Shown here: piece by piece, positions 10,523-20,463 of the stretch
Layout: every line of letters begins with the position of its first letter
Position numbering within the stretch: position 1 is the first letter of the stretch
From: an uncultured Gammaproteobacteria bacterium
Lineage (GTDB): Bacteria > Patescibacteriota > Patescibacteriia > Patescibacteriales > UBA12465
Length of the DNA stretch: 64,000 nt
Direction of reading: 5' to 3'
Assembly (NCBI GenBank): GCA_964517555.1
Contig: CAZFEF010000001.1
Span: 56,598 to 120,597, forward strand
The notes under the pieces: model-generated
What the model saw: the letters and a program-made list of their open reading frames with translations, nothing else
Databases searched by the model: none
Told to the model about the DNA's origin: nothing
Position numbers and translations under genes: made by a program

Positions 10523-10651
10523 TGGCCTATAAAGTTCTTTGACCCTATTCCTCTAAATTTGACTGTCAGCTAAGTATTTAAGTTTTGAATATTTGGCCGA
10601 CAGTCAAATAAAAATTATAAACAAACAATATAATAATTGGAGGAACATATC

Positions 10652-11215
10652 ATGAGAAATTTCGTTTTTTTACTGGCAATTTTCGCCTTGCTGTTTAGTT
10701 CATGCAAAAAGGAATACATTGAACCTTATGGCAATGGCGTGGACACCGTTTACGTTAATGGCGGGAACAACAACAATAACAATAACCCGCCCACCGGCTG
10801 GCATTACGCTGCTACGACCCCCACAATGACCGGGAATGAGTTTGCCTGGAACCTTTCCAATTCTTCCCTGGATCCCACCGGGAAAGAGATTTTCGTAGTA
10901 TGGATTTCCAATTCGGGAGCCATCAACTACAACAAATTATTGGACGGCGTTTCGGGAGTTTTTTCCGGCGGCAGTATCAACAGCGGCACCATTAGGATGA
11001 CATTGAGCCCGAGCTATGGAAAACTGAAGTTCAACTTCGCAGTCAATTCCGGGCCACCGTCGAACAAATGGTTCTGGTTTATAGCCCAGGGCCCATTGGT
11101 TCAGCTTCCTTGCCAGCACACATCAGGCGGACTCTGTTTTGACGACGGCGTCAACAACCTGTTCTCTACCCTCTACTCGGGTGGAAACTGGGTCGCTGGA
11201 GACCCCTGTCCATGA
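10652..11215 (+). CDS. Hypothetical lipoprotein
   Basis: GGAGGA RBS before ATG10652; lipobox LFSS-C-KKE; Asn-rich linker; terminator at ~11238-11266. Confidence 0.75.
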   Translation: MRNFVFLLAIFALLFSSCKKEYIEPYGNGVDTVYVNGGNNNNNNNPPTGWHYAATTPTMTGNEFAWNLSNSSLDPTGKEIFVVWISNSGAINYNKLLDGVSGVFSGGSINSGTIRMTLSPSYGKLKFNFAVNSGPPSNKWFWFIAQGPLVQLPCQHTSGGLCFDDGVNNLFSTLYSGGNWVAGDPCP

Positions 11216-11282
11216 TCAGGTCAAAGATCTTTCAACAAAAAAGGAACCCCCAAAAGGTTCCTTTTTCATTTGTCTAAATAGA

Positions 11283-12944
11283 TTATTTTTTCTTTCCCTT
11301 TAATTCCTTGCAGACTTTGATGAACTCAACAAATAACGGATGTGGGCTTAAAGGTCGGGAGACATATTCTGGATGAAATTGAGTGCCGATAAAAAAAGGG
11401 TGCTTGGTAATTTCAATCGCTTCTACTATCTGGCCGTCAGGTGAGGCGCCGGCAATGGTTAAGCCATGTTTTTCCATTATTTCTCGGAAGTCATTATTAA
11501 ATTCATAGCGATGACGGTGTCTTTCTGACACTGTTTTTTTGTCGCTGAATTTTTGGTAGGCTTTGGCTAGGTGGGTTTGCGGAACAATCTTGCAGGGCCA
11601 GCCGCCTAAACGAATGGTGCCGCCATAGCCTTTTTCTTTTATTAATTTTTCTTGTCCGGGCATGATATGAATTACTTGGTTTTTAGTGTTTTTGTCTACC
11701 TCTTCTGAATTGGCATCTTTGAGGCCGCAGACATTACGAGAGAACTCAATCACCGCCATTTGCATGCCATAGCAAAGACCGAAGTACGGGACTTTATTTT
11801 CTCGACAATATTTAATAGTTTTTATCTTCCCTTCTGAGCCGCGACTGCCCCAACCTTGAGGGACGATGATGCCGGCTAATTTTTTTAAGACACCAACACC
11901 CTTCTTTTCTATTTCTTCGGTATTAATCCATTCTATTTCTACTTTGGTGTGGTTATGGGCGGCGGCGTGTTTGACGGCTTCAATGACGGAAATATAGGAA
12001 TCGCCTAAGGAAAAATCACCAGTGGCGAAGTATTTGCCAACTATGCCAATTTTAACTTTGTCTTTAGCGGTTTTTAGATTACGTACCATCTTAGCCCACT
12101 CCTGATTATTATGCTTGCCAGGTTTTGGTTTAAGTTTTAAAACTTTCAAGATGTTTTCTCCCAGTTTGTCTCTTTCGAAATTAAGCGGAATATCATAAAT
12201 AGAGTCGGCGTCCGGAGCGGAAATAACGTTTTCTGGTAAGATGTTGCAGTTAATCGCTATTTTCTCGCGGCGAGCCTGGTCAATGTCCACTTCGGAGCGA
12301 GCGATAATAAAGTTGGGCTGGATGCCAGCGCCGTTTAGACTGCGAACTGCATGCTGGGTAGGTTTGGTTTTCATTTCGCCGATTTTATTAGGTAGCGGCA
12401 AATAGGAAACCATAACAAAAGCGACGTCGTCTGGATGATAGAGCTTCATGACTCTAGCAGCCTCTAAAAATAACAGGTTCTCATATTCACCCACTGTACC
12501 GCCAATTTCAATGATCATAATTTCAGCCTTGGTTTTCTCTACGGCTTTTTCAATGCGGTCTCTGATCTCTTGAGGGATATGCGGCACCACTTGAACGCAG
12601 CGGCCTTTATATTCTAAATTTCTTTCTTTGTTGATAACGGTTTGATAGACTCGACCGGTGGTCATGTAGTTTTCTCGGTAGATATTTTTATTCAAAAACC
12701 GCTCGTAGTTACCAATATCCTGGTCAGTTTCATCGCCGTCTTCAGTGACGAATACCTCGCCATGTTCCACGGGGTTCATGGTGCCGGCATCGACATTGAT
12801 ATAGGGGTCCATTTTAATGGCACTGACTTTAAAGCCTTTAGCTTGCAGGATTTCGCCGATCGAAGCCGTGGTAATACCTTTACCAACGCCGCTCATCACT
12901 CCTCCGACGACAAAGATAAACTTAGTGCGGTTTTTTTCCGACAT
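11283..12944 (-). CDS. pyrG: CTP synthase
   Basis: GGVMSGVGKG, DPYINVDAGTM, GLCYGMQ, ERHRHRYE, QFHPE. Confidence 0.98.
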   Translation of the reverse strand: MSEKNRTKFIFVVGGVMSGVGKGITTASIGEILQAKGFKVSAIKMDPYINVDAGTMNPVEHGEVFVTEDGDETDQDIGNYERFLNKNIYRENYMTTGRVYQTVINKERNLEYKGRCVQVVPHIPQEIRDRIEKAVEKTKAEIMIIEIGGTVGEYENLLFLEAARVMKLYHPDDVAFVMVSYLPLPNKIGEMKTKPTQHAVRSLNGAGIQPNFIIARSEVDIDQARREKIAINCNILPENVISAPDADSIYDIPLNFERDKLGENILKVLKLKPKPGKHNNQEWAKMVRNLKTAKDKVKIGIVGKYFATGDFSLGDSYISVIEAVKHAAAHNHTKVEIEWINTEEIEKKGVGVLKKLAGIIVPQGWGSRGSEGKIKTIKYCRENKVPYFGLCYGMQMAVIEFSRNVCGLKDANSEEVDKNTKNQVIHIMPGQEKLIKEKGYGGTIRLGGWPCKIVPQTHLAKAYQKFSDKKTVSERHRHRYEFNNDFREIMEKHGLTIAGASPDGQIVEAIEITKHPFFIGTQFHPEYVSRPLSPHPLFVEFIKVCKELKGKKK

Positions 12945-12963
12945 AACTTTATATTTAGATGAT

Positions 12964-14196
12964 TTATTTAGCTTTGATTATAGCCACAGCACGGTCAAAT
13001 TGAGGATCACGATCATTCTCCCAGTCTTCAGTGGTTAGTTTCACTTCTTCATTCGGCGTTATCCCCTGTTCATTAATGGATATTCCCTTGGGGGTCAACC
13101 ATTTAGCTACGGTTATTTTAATAGCTGAGCCGTCTTCTAAATCTAACAGAGTCTGAACTGAGCCTTTCCCAAAAGTTTTTTCGCCGATAACTATTCCCTG
13201 ATTATTATCCTTTAGAGCACCGGCTACTATTTCTGAAGCTGAAGCGCTACCTTTGTTTACTAAAACTACAGTTTTAATTCCTCGCAAGCGGGCTCGATTT
13301 TTCCCCAAATATTCATTTTTTTCTGAATCACTGAATTTTTCAATTACAATTGTGCCTTTGTCTATCCACTCGCTGGCCATATCGACAGCAGTATCTAAAT
13401 AGCCGCCAGGATTGTTGCGCAAATCCAAGATGATGCCGGTTGGCTTTTGGGCCACTATTTCCTTAACGGCGTTATCGAACAAACCCTTGGTATCGCTATT
13501 GAAGGCGCTGATTTTAATGACATAAATATTATCAGCCCGTCTTTCGGTAGTGACTGATTTAATCACTATTAGATCGCGTTTGATTACATAATCTTTAGTA
13601 TCGCTTTCTCCGGAGCGGTAGATGTTTAGGGTCACTTCGGTGCCCTTCTTGCCTCTAATTAAGCGGACTGCGGCCTCTACGCTCATATTCAAGGTCGTGG
13701 CGCCGTCTATGGCATAGATTTGATCTCCGGCTTTGATGCCGGCTTTTTGGGCTGGCGTCCCTTCCAAAGGAGCAATGACAGTGATTACTTCATTTCTGAG
13801 TCCAATTTCCGCTCCAATTCCCTCAAAGGAGCCGGAGAGATCGTCTTGAAATTGTTTGTTTTCTTTCGGGTCCAAGAAGCTGGTATAAGGATCACCGACA
13901 GATTCGACCATTCCCCTGAGAGAGCCATAGAAAAGTTCAGACTCATCAATTTTATCCTTATCAACATAATTATCCTTTAGTGATTGCCAAACGCGCCAAT
14001 AAAGGCTGAAATCTACATTCCGCGGCAGACTGATACCATCTTCCCCGCCAGCGTTAGCTAGGGCGCGATTATGTTTTTGGTCATTGACATAAATCCCGGC
14101 AAAAAAAGCCAGGCTAATGATTAATAGAATCAAGAAGCCACCGGCTAAGCGCCAAAGGCGATGTTTCAATTTATTCTTACTGAAAATCATAGACAT
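12964..14196 (-). CDS. S41 C-terminal processing protease
   Basis: DPYT, PDZ domain, DLRNNPGG, SASASE, GKGSVQ. Confidence 0.95.
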   Translation of the reverse strand: MSMIFSKNKLKHRLWRLAGGFLILLIISLAFFAGIYVNDQKHNRALANAGGEDGISLPRNVDFSLYWRVWQSLKDNYVDKDKIDESELFYGSLRGMVESVGDPYTSFLDPKENKQFQDDLSGSFEGIGAEIGLRNEVITVIAPLEGTPAQKAGIKAGDQIYAIDGATTLNMSVEAAVRLIRGKKGTEVTLNIYRSGESDTKDYVIKRDLIVIKSVTTERRADNIYVIKISAFNSDTKGLFDNAVKEIVAQKPTGIILDLRNNPGGYLDTAVDMASEWIDKGTIVIEKFSDSEKNEYLGKNRARLRGIKTVVLVNKGSASASEIVAGALKDNNQGIVIGEKTFGKGSVQTLLDLEDGSAIKITVAKWLTPKGISINEQGITPNEEVKLTTEDWENDRDPQFDRAVAIIKAK

Positions 14197-14237
14197 ATTT
14201 ATTTATCCATTTTACTCTTTTATAATTTTTTTGACAA

Positions 14238-14753
14238 TTAGATCAGCGATCTTAAAATTCTTAAAGCCTCTGGAAAGAAGGGACTGATTATACCAACAGC
14301 TTGCAGAAGATAAGGAGCTATTTGAGAGCCGATTAATTGGTCGGCTATGAAGGTATCGATTAAGGTGTAACGCGAGGCCATGTAAATTACCATTCCCAAG
14401 ATCAAGACGCCTTCGACAAAACCAAAGACGGCACCGGCTATTTTGTTTATCCCTTTTATAAACGGAATAATCGAGGCGATGTTAATGGCTTTGTCCAGCA
14501 TGTCAAAGGCCCAGCCGATGATTTTAGTGGCGACGCCCAAAACCAGGATAAAAGCAATTATTTTCCCCAAGTTTTCATTGCCAAAGAACATCCAGTTTAG
14601 CCAATTGTATACTTGTTCATAATAATGACTGGCCACCCAAGCACCGATCAAGATGCCAATTAAATAGCCGACCATTTTAATTAGCCCATGGAAGAGGCCA
14701 TAGAAAGTAAAGCCGGCGATAACAATGATTAAGATGACATCAATTAAAACCAT
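14238..14753 (-). CDS. CvpA-family membrane protein
   Basis: IDVILI..GLFHGLIK, multiple TMs, NKIAGAVFGFVEG. Confidence 0.85.
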   Translation of the reverse strand: MVLIDVILIIVIAGFTFYGLFHGLIKMVGYLIGILIGAWVASHYYEQVYNWLNWMFFGNENLGKIIAFILVLGVATKIIGWAFDMLDKAINIASIIPFIKGINKIAGAVFGFVEGVLILGMVIYMASRYTLIDTFIADQLIGSQIAPYLLQAVGIISPFFPEALRILRSLI

Positions 14754-14783
14754 ATTGTTTAATTTAATATTAATTTATATAAA

Positions 14784-15215
14784 TTATGGACAAGCGCCAG
14801 CAATTATCCCTTTAGGCTCCGCGCAATTTAATCCCGCGGCCAGGCCACCGGTTTCGTGTCCTAAACAAAATTCCAGAGCATAATTATTGCTATCTATTTG
14901 GCGATAGGAGTAAGTACTACTGGTGCAATTACCGTCAGCGGTTAGGGGGGCGTTGGGGACGGCTGTTAGATAGGTGATGTTGGTAGTTGAACCAATTAAA
15001 GCTTGGCCAGAGGTGACTCCGAGTGGATATTGATTTTCGTCGCGGTGATAGAATTCTAAAGCGTTTTGGATTTGGGCGATATCGCTTAGTCTCTTGCTAT
15101 CTCGGGATTTTTCCCTAATCACTTTGAAAGAAACAGTAGCCGCTCCAGCCACAATGCCAATAATGAGGATGACCGCCAATAGTTCTATTAAAGTGAAGGC
15201 CGGATTTTTTTTCAT
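14784..15215 (-). CDS. Type IV pilin / GspG-like protein
   Basis: Prepilin motif AFTLIELL; RDSKRLSDI..IQNALE. Confidence 0.9.
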   Translation of the reverse strand: MKKNPAFTLIELLAVILIIGIVAGAATVSFKVIREKSRDSKRLSDIAQIQNALEFYHRDENQYPLGVTSGQALIGSTTNITYLTAVPNAPLTADGNCTSSTYSYRQIDSNNYALEFCLGHETGGLAAGLNCAEPKGIIAGACP

Positions 15216-15224
15216 AATTTATGA

Positions 15225-16652
15225 TTAATTATCTAAACGTGGGAAAAGCCCTTCTCCCTTAGTGATTGTCGGAGCTAAAAATTGTTGCTGTATTTTTTCG
15301 GCGGTTTGCGGCAGAAATATTTTTAACCAGAAAGCAATATCTAAAATATTTTGAGCCACTATTTCCAGGCAAGCTTTTATCTCCGTTTGGTCTTGCATTT
15401 TCCAGGGAGTTTTTAGGCTGAGATATTCGTCACTGGCTTTCACCTTTTCCCAAATTATTTTCAAAGCATTACCGATGTCATAGATCTCTAGCGCTTTTTT
15501 TATTTCCTCGGAAAATTTTGAGTCACTTTCGTTCACTAGTTTTAGTGATAGATTGTTTTTCTCAATCAAATTAGTTGTGCGGGAGATCAAGTTGCCTAAA
15601 CCGTTAGCTAGGTCAGAATTGTATAAGGCCTTGAATTTGTCTTCAGTAAAATCGCCGTCTTCAAAGGTTGGTATTTCTCTAAGGAGATAATAGCGAAGAG
15701 CATCAGTGCCATATTTTTCTACTAAATTCTTGGGCTCGACTACGTTTCCTAGAGATTTGCTCATTTTTTGGCCGTTAGAGTTGATAAAGCCGAAGATTAA
15801 TACTCCTAAAGAATTGGGTAGTTTGGCTGACAGCAACATTGCTTGCCACATCGCCGTTTGCTGGCGCAAGTTGTCCTTGCCGCAGACTTGTAGTCCGGGC
15901 CAGTACTTATCAAAATTCTGTTTTTCTTCCGGCCAGCCTAGGCTGGAAATATAGTTGGTTAAAGCATCAAACCAGACATACATCACCTGGGTATCATCGC
16001 CAGGAACCGGAACTCCCCAGGGCATTTTGTCTTTGAGCCTGGAAATGGAAAAATCTTGTAATCCAGAAGCTACAAAGTTTCTAATTTCTTTCAAGCGATG
16101 TGGCGGATAGACAAAACCAGGGTTTTGATCATAGAGGGCCAATAGTTCGTCTTGATATTTAGAAAAACGGAAAAAGTAATTTTCCTCTTCGATTATTTCT
16201 AAATCTTTGTCCGGGTGGAGCGGACAGCGGCCATGATCGAGGTCAGAATCGGTTTTTTCTAATTCGCAACCGACGCAATATTTGACGCTGTATGTTTTTT
16301 TGTAGATGTCGCCGTTTTGTTGACAGATTTCCCAGAATTTTTGAGCACTGCTTAGATGATGAGCATCAGTGGTTCGGATAAAATTGTCATAACTGATATT
16401 GAGCAATTCTTTCAGTTCTTTAAAGGTCGTGGCTAGGTTGTCGCAATAAGTTTGGACGTCAACTCCCTCTTCCTGGGAGCGACGATAGATCTTTAGACCA
16501 TGCTCATCAGTACCGGTATTAAAAAATACTTCTTCTCCTAAAAGACGGTGATAACGAGCCAAAACATCAGCCTTGATGATTTCGGCGGCAAAGCCGATAT
16601 GGGGGCTGGAGTTGATATAAGGCAAAGTGGTAGTGATGTAGAATGGTTTCAT
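15225..16652 (-). CDS. metG: Methionine--tRNA ligase
   Basis: FYITTTLPYIN..PHIG, YVWFDAL, KMSKS. Confidence 0.97.
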   Translation of the reverse strand: MKPFYITTTLPYINSSPHIGFAAEIIKADVLARYHRLLGEEVFFNTGTDEHGLKIYRRSQEEGVDVQTYCDNLATTFKELKELLNISYDNFIRTTDAHHLSSAQKFWEICQQNGDIYKKTYSVKYCVGCELEKTDSDLDHGRCPLHPDKDLEIIEEENYFFRFSKYQDELLALYDQNPGFVYPPHRLKEIRNFVASGLQDFSISRLKDKMPWGVPVPGDDTQVMYVWFDALTNYISSLGWPEEKQNFDKYWPGLQVCGKDNLRQQTAMWQAMLLSAKLPNSLGVLIFGFINSNGQKMSKSLGNVVEPKNLVEKYGTDALRYYLLREIPTFEDGDFTEDKFKALYNSDLANGLGNLISRTTNLIEKNNLSLKLVNESDSKFSEEIKKALEIYDIGNALKIIWEKVKASDEYLSLKTPWKMQDQTEIKACLEIVAQNILDIAFWLKIFLPQTAEKIQQQFLAPTITKGEGLFPRLDN

Positions 16653-16655
16653 AAA

Positions 16656-17327
16656 TTATTGGATAATAACGACAAATTCGCCCTTAGTGGCCGACGGATC
16701 TTTCGCTAATTCTTCTAAAATTTCAGTGGCACTGCCGCTGTAACTTTTTTCATGAATCTTGGTTAATTCCTTAAAAAGAATAATCTTTTTTTGAGGCATT
16801 AATTCAGTTACTTCTTGGAGCAGTTTACTGATGCGATAGCGAGATTCATAAAGAATCACTGGCTCTGGTTTCTTGGCGATCATTTTTAACTCGGTCTGTC
16901 TGCCTTTTTTGTGTGGCAGGAAACCCAGGAAAGTGAAATGATTACAATTAATTCCCAATAAGGACAGGGCGGCAGTTAAAGCGGAGGGTCCGGGTATGCA
17001 TTTGATTTTAATTTCTTCCCCCTGATTTCTAACGGCTTCAATCAATTTATTACCTGGGTCAGAAATTCCTGGGGTGCCGGCGTCGCTGACTAAAGCTAGA
17101 TTCTTGCCAGCTTTTAGCCAGCTGATAATTTGCTCAACTTTATTAATCTTAGAATGCTCATGATAGGAAACGGCCGGGGTGTTTATCTGATAATGGTTCA
17201 GTAGCTTGCGGCTGTTTCTGGTATCTTCACACAAAATATAATCAACTTCTTTCAGAGTTTCTAGTGCTCTTAGAGTGATGTCGCCCAAATTACCAATTGG
17301 AGTAGCTACAATGTACAAGGTGGACAT
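16656..17327 (-). CDS. rsmI: 16S rRNA C1402 2'-O-methyltransferase
   Basis: LYIVATPIGNL, EDTR, SDAGTPGISDPG. Confidence 0.95.
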   Translation of the reverse strand: MSTLYIVATPIGNLGDITLRALETLKEVDYILCEDTRNSRKLLNHYQINTPAVSYHEHSKINKVEQIISWLKAGKNLALVSDAGTPGISDPGNKLIEAVRNQGEEIKIKCIPGPSALTAALSLLGINCNHFTFLGFLPHKKGRQTELKMIAKKPEPVILYESRYRISKLLQEVTELMPQKKIILFKELTKIHEKSYSGSATEILEELAKDPSATKGEFVVIIQ

Positions 17328-17331
17328 AGGA

Positions 17332-19008
17332 TTAGGCTAAGTCTTCCTTCTTCTCTTTTAGATATTTGGTCCAATCTTCAACGATATTGATGATGATTTT
17401 AAACGGTGCTTCTAGGATGAAGTCGAAAATAAAGATGAAGAAATTTAGCCGGGAGACGTTATCTGACAAAAATTTGCCCATCGCTACTATCGGCATATAG
17501 AAGAAATCAAAGATAAAGCCCAAGATGGTTTCTTTGTCGTCAGTGATGACATATTGCTTGACGTCACGTTTGACCCTAAAGCTAAAGAAACTGACGAAAG
17601 CCAAGAAGAACAGGAAGATGGTGATGCTTACCCAGTTAAAGTTGATATAGTTTAAAAGCTTGATTAAAAAGTATACCGAGATCAAAAAAGCTCCGGCGTA
17701 GATTAGATTAAACAAGGAATTCATCAGATAATTACGTCTAGTAGGACGACGCAAATAGATCGGCTGAGTCTTTTTCAATTCAGAATAGGTAATTTCCTTG
17801 ATACCGTTAATTATTTTTTCAGTATTTTTGGCATTGGGAGTTTTGGTAAAGAGAATCATCAGAAATAGCAATACGGCCGGAAAACTGACATTGATTGCCA
17901 AGGAAAAGGTGTTGACCTGCTCCCCGAAGAATTTAATGGCCGGAATCTCTAAAATGAATACAAAAATCGACTTGGTTAAAAAGATGTAGATGATACTTCT
18001 TAATCCCGAACGCCAAAGTTTGTTCTTGACCTTGCTATATCGCTTCTGACATTTTTCCTTAATTAATGAAAAGAAGGCTTTTTCGTTAGTGGTGGCGTTG
18101 TCATAAACCTTGGCGGCGTTGTCGCTCATGGTTTCTAATAACATAGAATAATAGAGCGAGTAGCGGCGGACGATTTTATCGATTTGTTTCATTAAAGGAT
18201 GGTGCAATTGTCTTTCCACTATTTGGTTTAAACTTTTTAGATTCTTAGCAATTTTAATTAAATCTTCCTCTTGAGCTTCTTCCCAAGAATTATAGAATTT
18301 GAAAGCCAAGAAAGACTGCATCTCCAGGTCTAGCTTCAAGTAACTACGAGAGATGCTCAAGTATATTTGCAAATCTAAATCCTTTTGGTAAGAAAGGTCC
18401 GGTGGTAGTTTTATAATCCGGCTCAAGACACTAAACATGTTGGCGATTACTGCCTGTCGTAAAGGTGTAGAGTTTAGGTTTTCTTCAATTTCAGTGGCCG
18501 CCAAAGAAATGATCCAATTAACCAACTTGTTTCTTTCCTTGCTCTCTTTATTGCCCAGATTATGGGCCGGGTAATTTTCCTTGAAGTAATGACGGAGCTT
18601 GATATACTTGTCGAGTAATATGCCCACTTCCCCAATTTTAGCTTCCGGGATTTTGTTGTTCTCTAAATAACCGGCTTGGATTAACTCGGTTAGCAGGTGT
18701 TTGGATACCTCCTCGCTGTCGTAGTTTTTGAGAGCGCCTTCAATCATTATTTGCCGCTTCAGGATTCTTTTTATGGCGTTTTTACGCAATAAATGATCCT
18801 CATCATAGTCGACGGCGATACGGATTTTTTCGTAAATAAAAGAAAGACGAGAAACTATCTGGGAAACATGAATTCGCGGGATGTCATCATCCTCTAGGCC
18901 TTTGCTAGTTTTTTGTTGTTGACCGTAGGCTAACTGAAAAAGCTTTTTGGTTTCCGGGTTAACCGTGAAAAAAGACTGGCTCTTTTTAATTAAATTAGGG
19001 CTCACCAT
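17332..19008 (-). CDS. Hypothetical membrane protein
   Basis: 558-aa ORF with soluble N-terminus and several C-terminal TMs, in operon-like context. Confidence 0.75.
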   Translation of the reverse strand: MVSPNLIKKSQSFFTVNPETKKLFQLAYGQQQKTSKGLEDDDIPRIHVSQIVSRLSFIYEKIRIAVDYDEDHLLRKNAIKRILKRQIMIEGALKNYDSEEVSKHLLTELIQAGYLENNKIPEAKIGEVGILLDKYIKLRHYFKENYPAHNLGNKESKERNKLVNWIISLAATEIEENLNSTPLRQAVIANMFSVLSRIIKLPPDLSYQKDLDLQIYLSISRSYLKLDLEMQSFLAFKFYNSWEEAQEEDLIKIAKNLKSLNQIVERQLHHPLMKQIDKIVRRYSLYYSMLLETMSDNAAKVYDNATTNEKAFFSLIKEKCQKRYSKVKNKLWRSGLRSIIYIFLTKSIFVFILEIPAIKFFGEQVNTFSLAINVSFPAVLLFLMILFTKTPNAKNTEKIINGIKEITYSELKKTQPIYLRRPTRRNYLMNSLFNLIYAGAFLISVYFLIKLLNYINFNWVSITIFLFFLAFVSFFSFRVKRDVKQYVITDDKETILGFIFDFFYMPIVAMGKFLSDNVSRLNFFIFIFDFILEAPFKIIINIVEDWTKYLKEKKEDLA

Positions 19009-19160
19009 ATAGGGCTTGATTTTGATAAATTATACCTTTATTTTAGCGGTTTTCTTTTCAAAAAGCAAACCTTGACACTGTCGGCCCTATCGGGTATTAT
19101 ATAAGCAGAAAACAAATGGCCGACGGGGCCGTTTTTAAATACTTAAATCAGAGCAATAAT

Positions 19161-19346
19161 ATGAGTAAAATTAGTAATTATTTGAAAGAATCAGTAATTG
19201 AAATGAAAAAAGTTACTTGGCCTACCAAGAAACAGACTTATCACTACACTTTGCTGGTCATTGGTATCAGCTTGGCGGTGGCTTTGTTTTTGGGCGCCTT
19301 GGATTTTATTTTTAATGGTATTTTAACCTGGGTTGTTACCCGGTAA
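19161..19346 (+). CDS. secE: Preprotein translocase subunit SecE
   Basis: EMKKVTWPT motif, precedes nusG; start taken at ATG19161. Confidence 0.93.
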   Translation: MSKISNYLKESVIEMKKVTWPTKKQTYHYTLLVIGISLAVALFLGALDFIFNGILTWVVTR

Positions 19347-19375
19347 TTAATAGTTCTTAATCTAAAGCCAAATTT

Positions 19376-19921
19376 ATGGCCAAACAAACTTTGAATCAAG
19401 GACGTCGTTGGTATGTGCTTCACACCTATTCCGGCTATGAAGAGAATGTAGCTAGGAATTTAAAGCAAAGAGTGGAGACCTTGGATATGGGCAACCAGAT
19501 CTTTAATGTTTTGGTGCCGATTGAAAAGAAAACTAAGATTAAAAATGGTAAACGTAAGTTGGTGGAGGAGAAGATCTTCCCTGGCTATGTTTTGGTGGAA
19601 ATGGAAGTAACTGACGAGTCTTGGTATGTAGTCCGCAATACGCCTAACGTTACCGGCTTTATCGGTGTTGGCTCAGTACCGACCCCGGTTTCCGAGGAAG
19701 AAATAAAATCCCTAAAGAAAAGAATGGGCGAAGAAGATCCGAAATTTAAGATCGATGTCACTGTGGGAGATTTGGTGCGGATTACCGAAGGTCCCTTCAA
19801 GAACCTGGAAGGAAAAGTGGTGGCCGTTGACGAGGCTAAGGGTAAGATCAAGGTCAACGTCTCCATGTTCGGCCGTGAGACTCCGGTAGAATTAGATTTT
19901 TTGCAAATCAAGAAAGTATAA
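19376..19921 (+). CDS. nusG: Transcription antitermination protein NusG
   Basis: WYVLHTYSGYE, FPGYVLVEM, FGRETPVEL. Confidence 0.98.
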   Translation: MAKQTLNQGRRWYVLHTYSGYEENVARNLKQRVETLDMGNQIFNVLVPIEKKTKIKNGKRKLVEEKIFPGYVLVEMEVTDESWYVVRNTPNVTGFIGVGSVPTPVSEEEIKSLKKRMGEEDPKFKIDVTVGDLVRITEGPFKNLEGKVVAVDEAKGKIKVNVSMFGRETPVELDFLQIKKV

Positions 19922-19984
19922 TTAATCAGTGCTTTCGGCGACGGAAATTATTCCGTCCTTGCTTCTCCGAAAGACAATTATCAT

Positions 19985-20407
19985 ATGGCTAAGAAAATAA
20001 AAACGATTATCAAATTACAGATAGTCGGCGGTCAGGCCAATCCGGCGCCGCCAGTCGGCCCTGCCTTGGGTCAACACGGTTTGAATATCCAAGAATTTTG
20101 TCAAAGATTCAATGAGGCTACCAAAGACAAGATGGGTGATGTCGTACCGGTGGAAATCAGCGTCTATGAAGATCGGAGCTATGATTTCATCACCAAGACT
20201 CCCCCAGCCTCAGAATTGATTAAGAAATATGCTAAGGTGAAGAAGGGTTCTGGCAAACCTTTAACCGAGAAAGTGGGCACTTTAACTAAGGACCAACTTC
20301 GAGAGATTGCCCAGATAAAGATGCCTGACCTAAACGCTAATGACATTGAAGCGGCTATGAAGATTATTGCCGGTACTGCTCGACAGATGGGCGTTGAGAT
20401 TAAATAA
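19985..20407 (+). CDS. rplK: 50S ribosomal protein L11
   Basis: [15 protein letters not shown]. Confidence 0.98.
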   Translation: MAKKIKTIIKLQIVGGQANPAPPVGPALGQHGLNIQEFCQRFNEATKDKMGDVVPVEISVYEDRSYDFITKTPPASELIKKYAKVKKGSGKPLTEKVGTLTKDQLREIAQIKMPDLNANDIEAAMKIIAGTARQMGVEIK

Positions 20408-20418
20408 TTAATTGGTTT

Positions 20419-20455
20419 GTGGGACGGGCGGACTTTTCTGCCCGGATCGCACCAC
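20419..20455 (+). promoter_or_regulatory. Putative L1-binding autoregulatory RNA leader
   Basis: GTGGGA-CGGGCGG..CTGCCCG-..ACCAC between rplK and the rplA ATG resembles L1 leaders that precede rplA. Confidence 0.6.
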
Positions 20456-20463
20456 GAAAAAAT

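Noticed and set aside
10766-10786. AAC/AAT run as a DGR template or phase-variable repeat
   Set aside because: In-frame poly-Asn linker with mixed codons; no partner repeat seen.
19070-19160. tRNA-Trp expected upstream of secE
   Set aside because: No GTTCRA T-loop or cloverleaf; only a promoter and a short GC-rich pairing.
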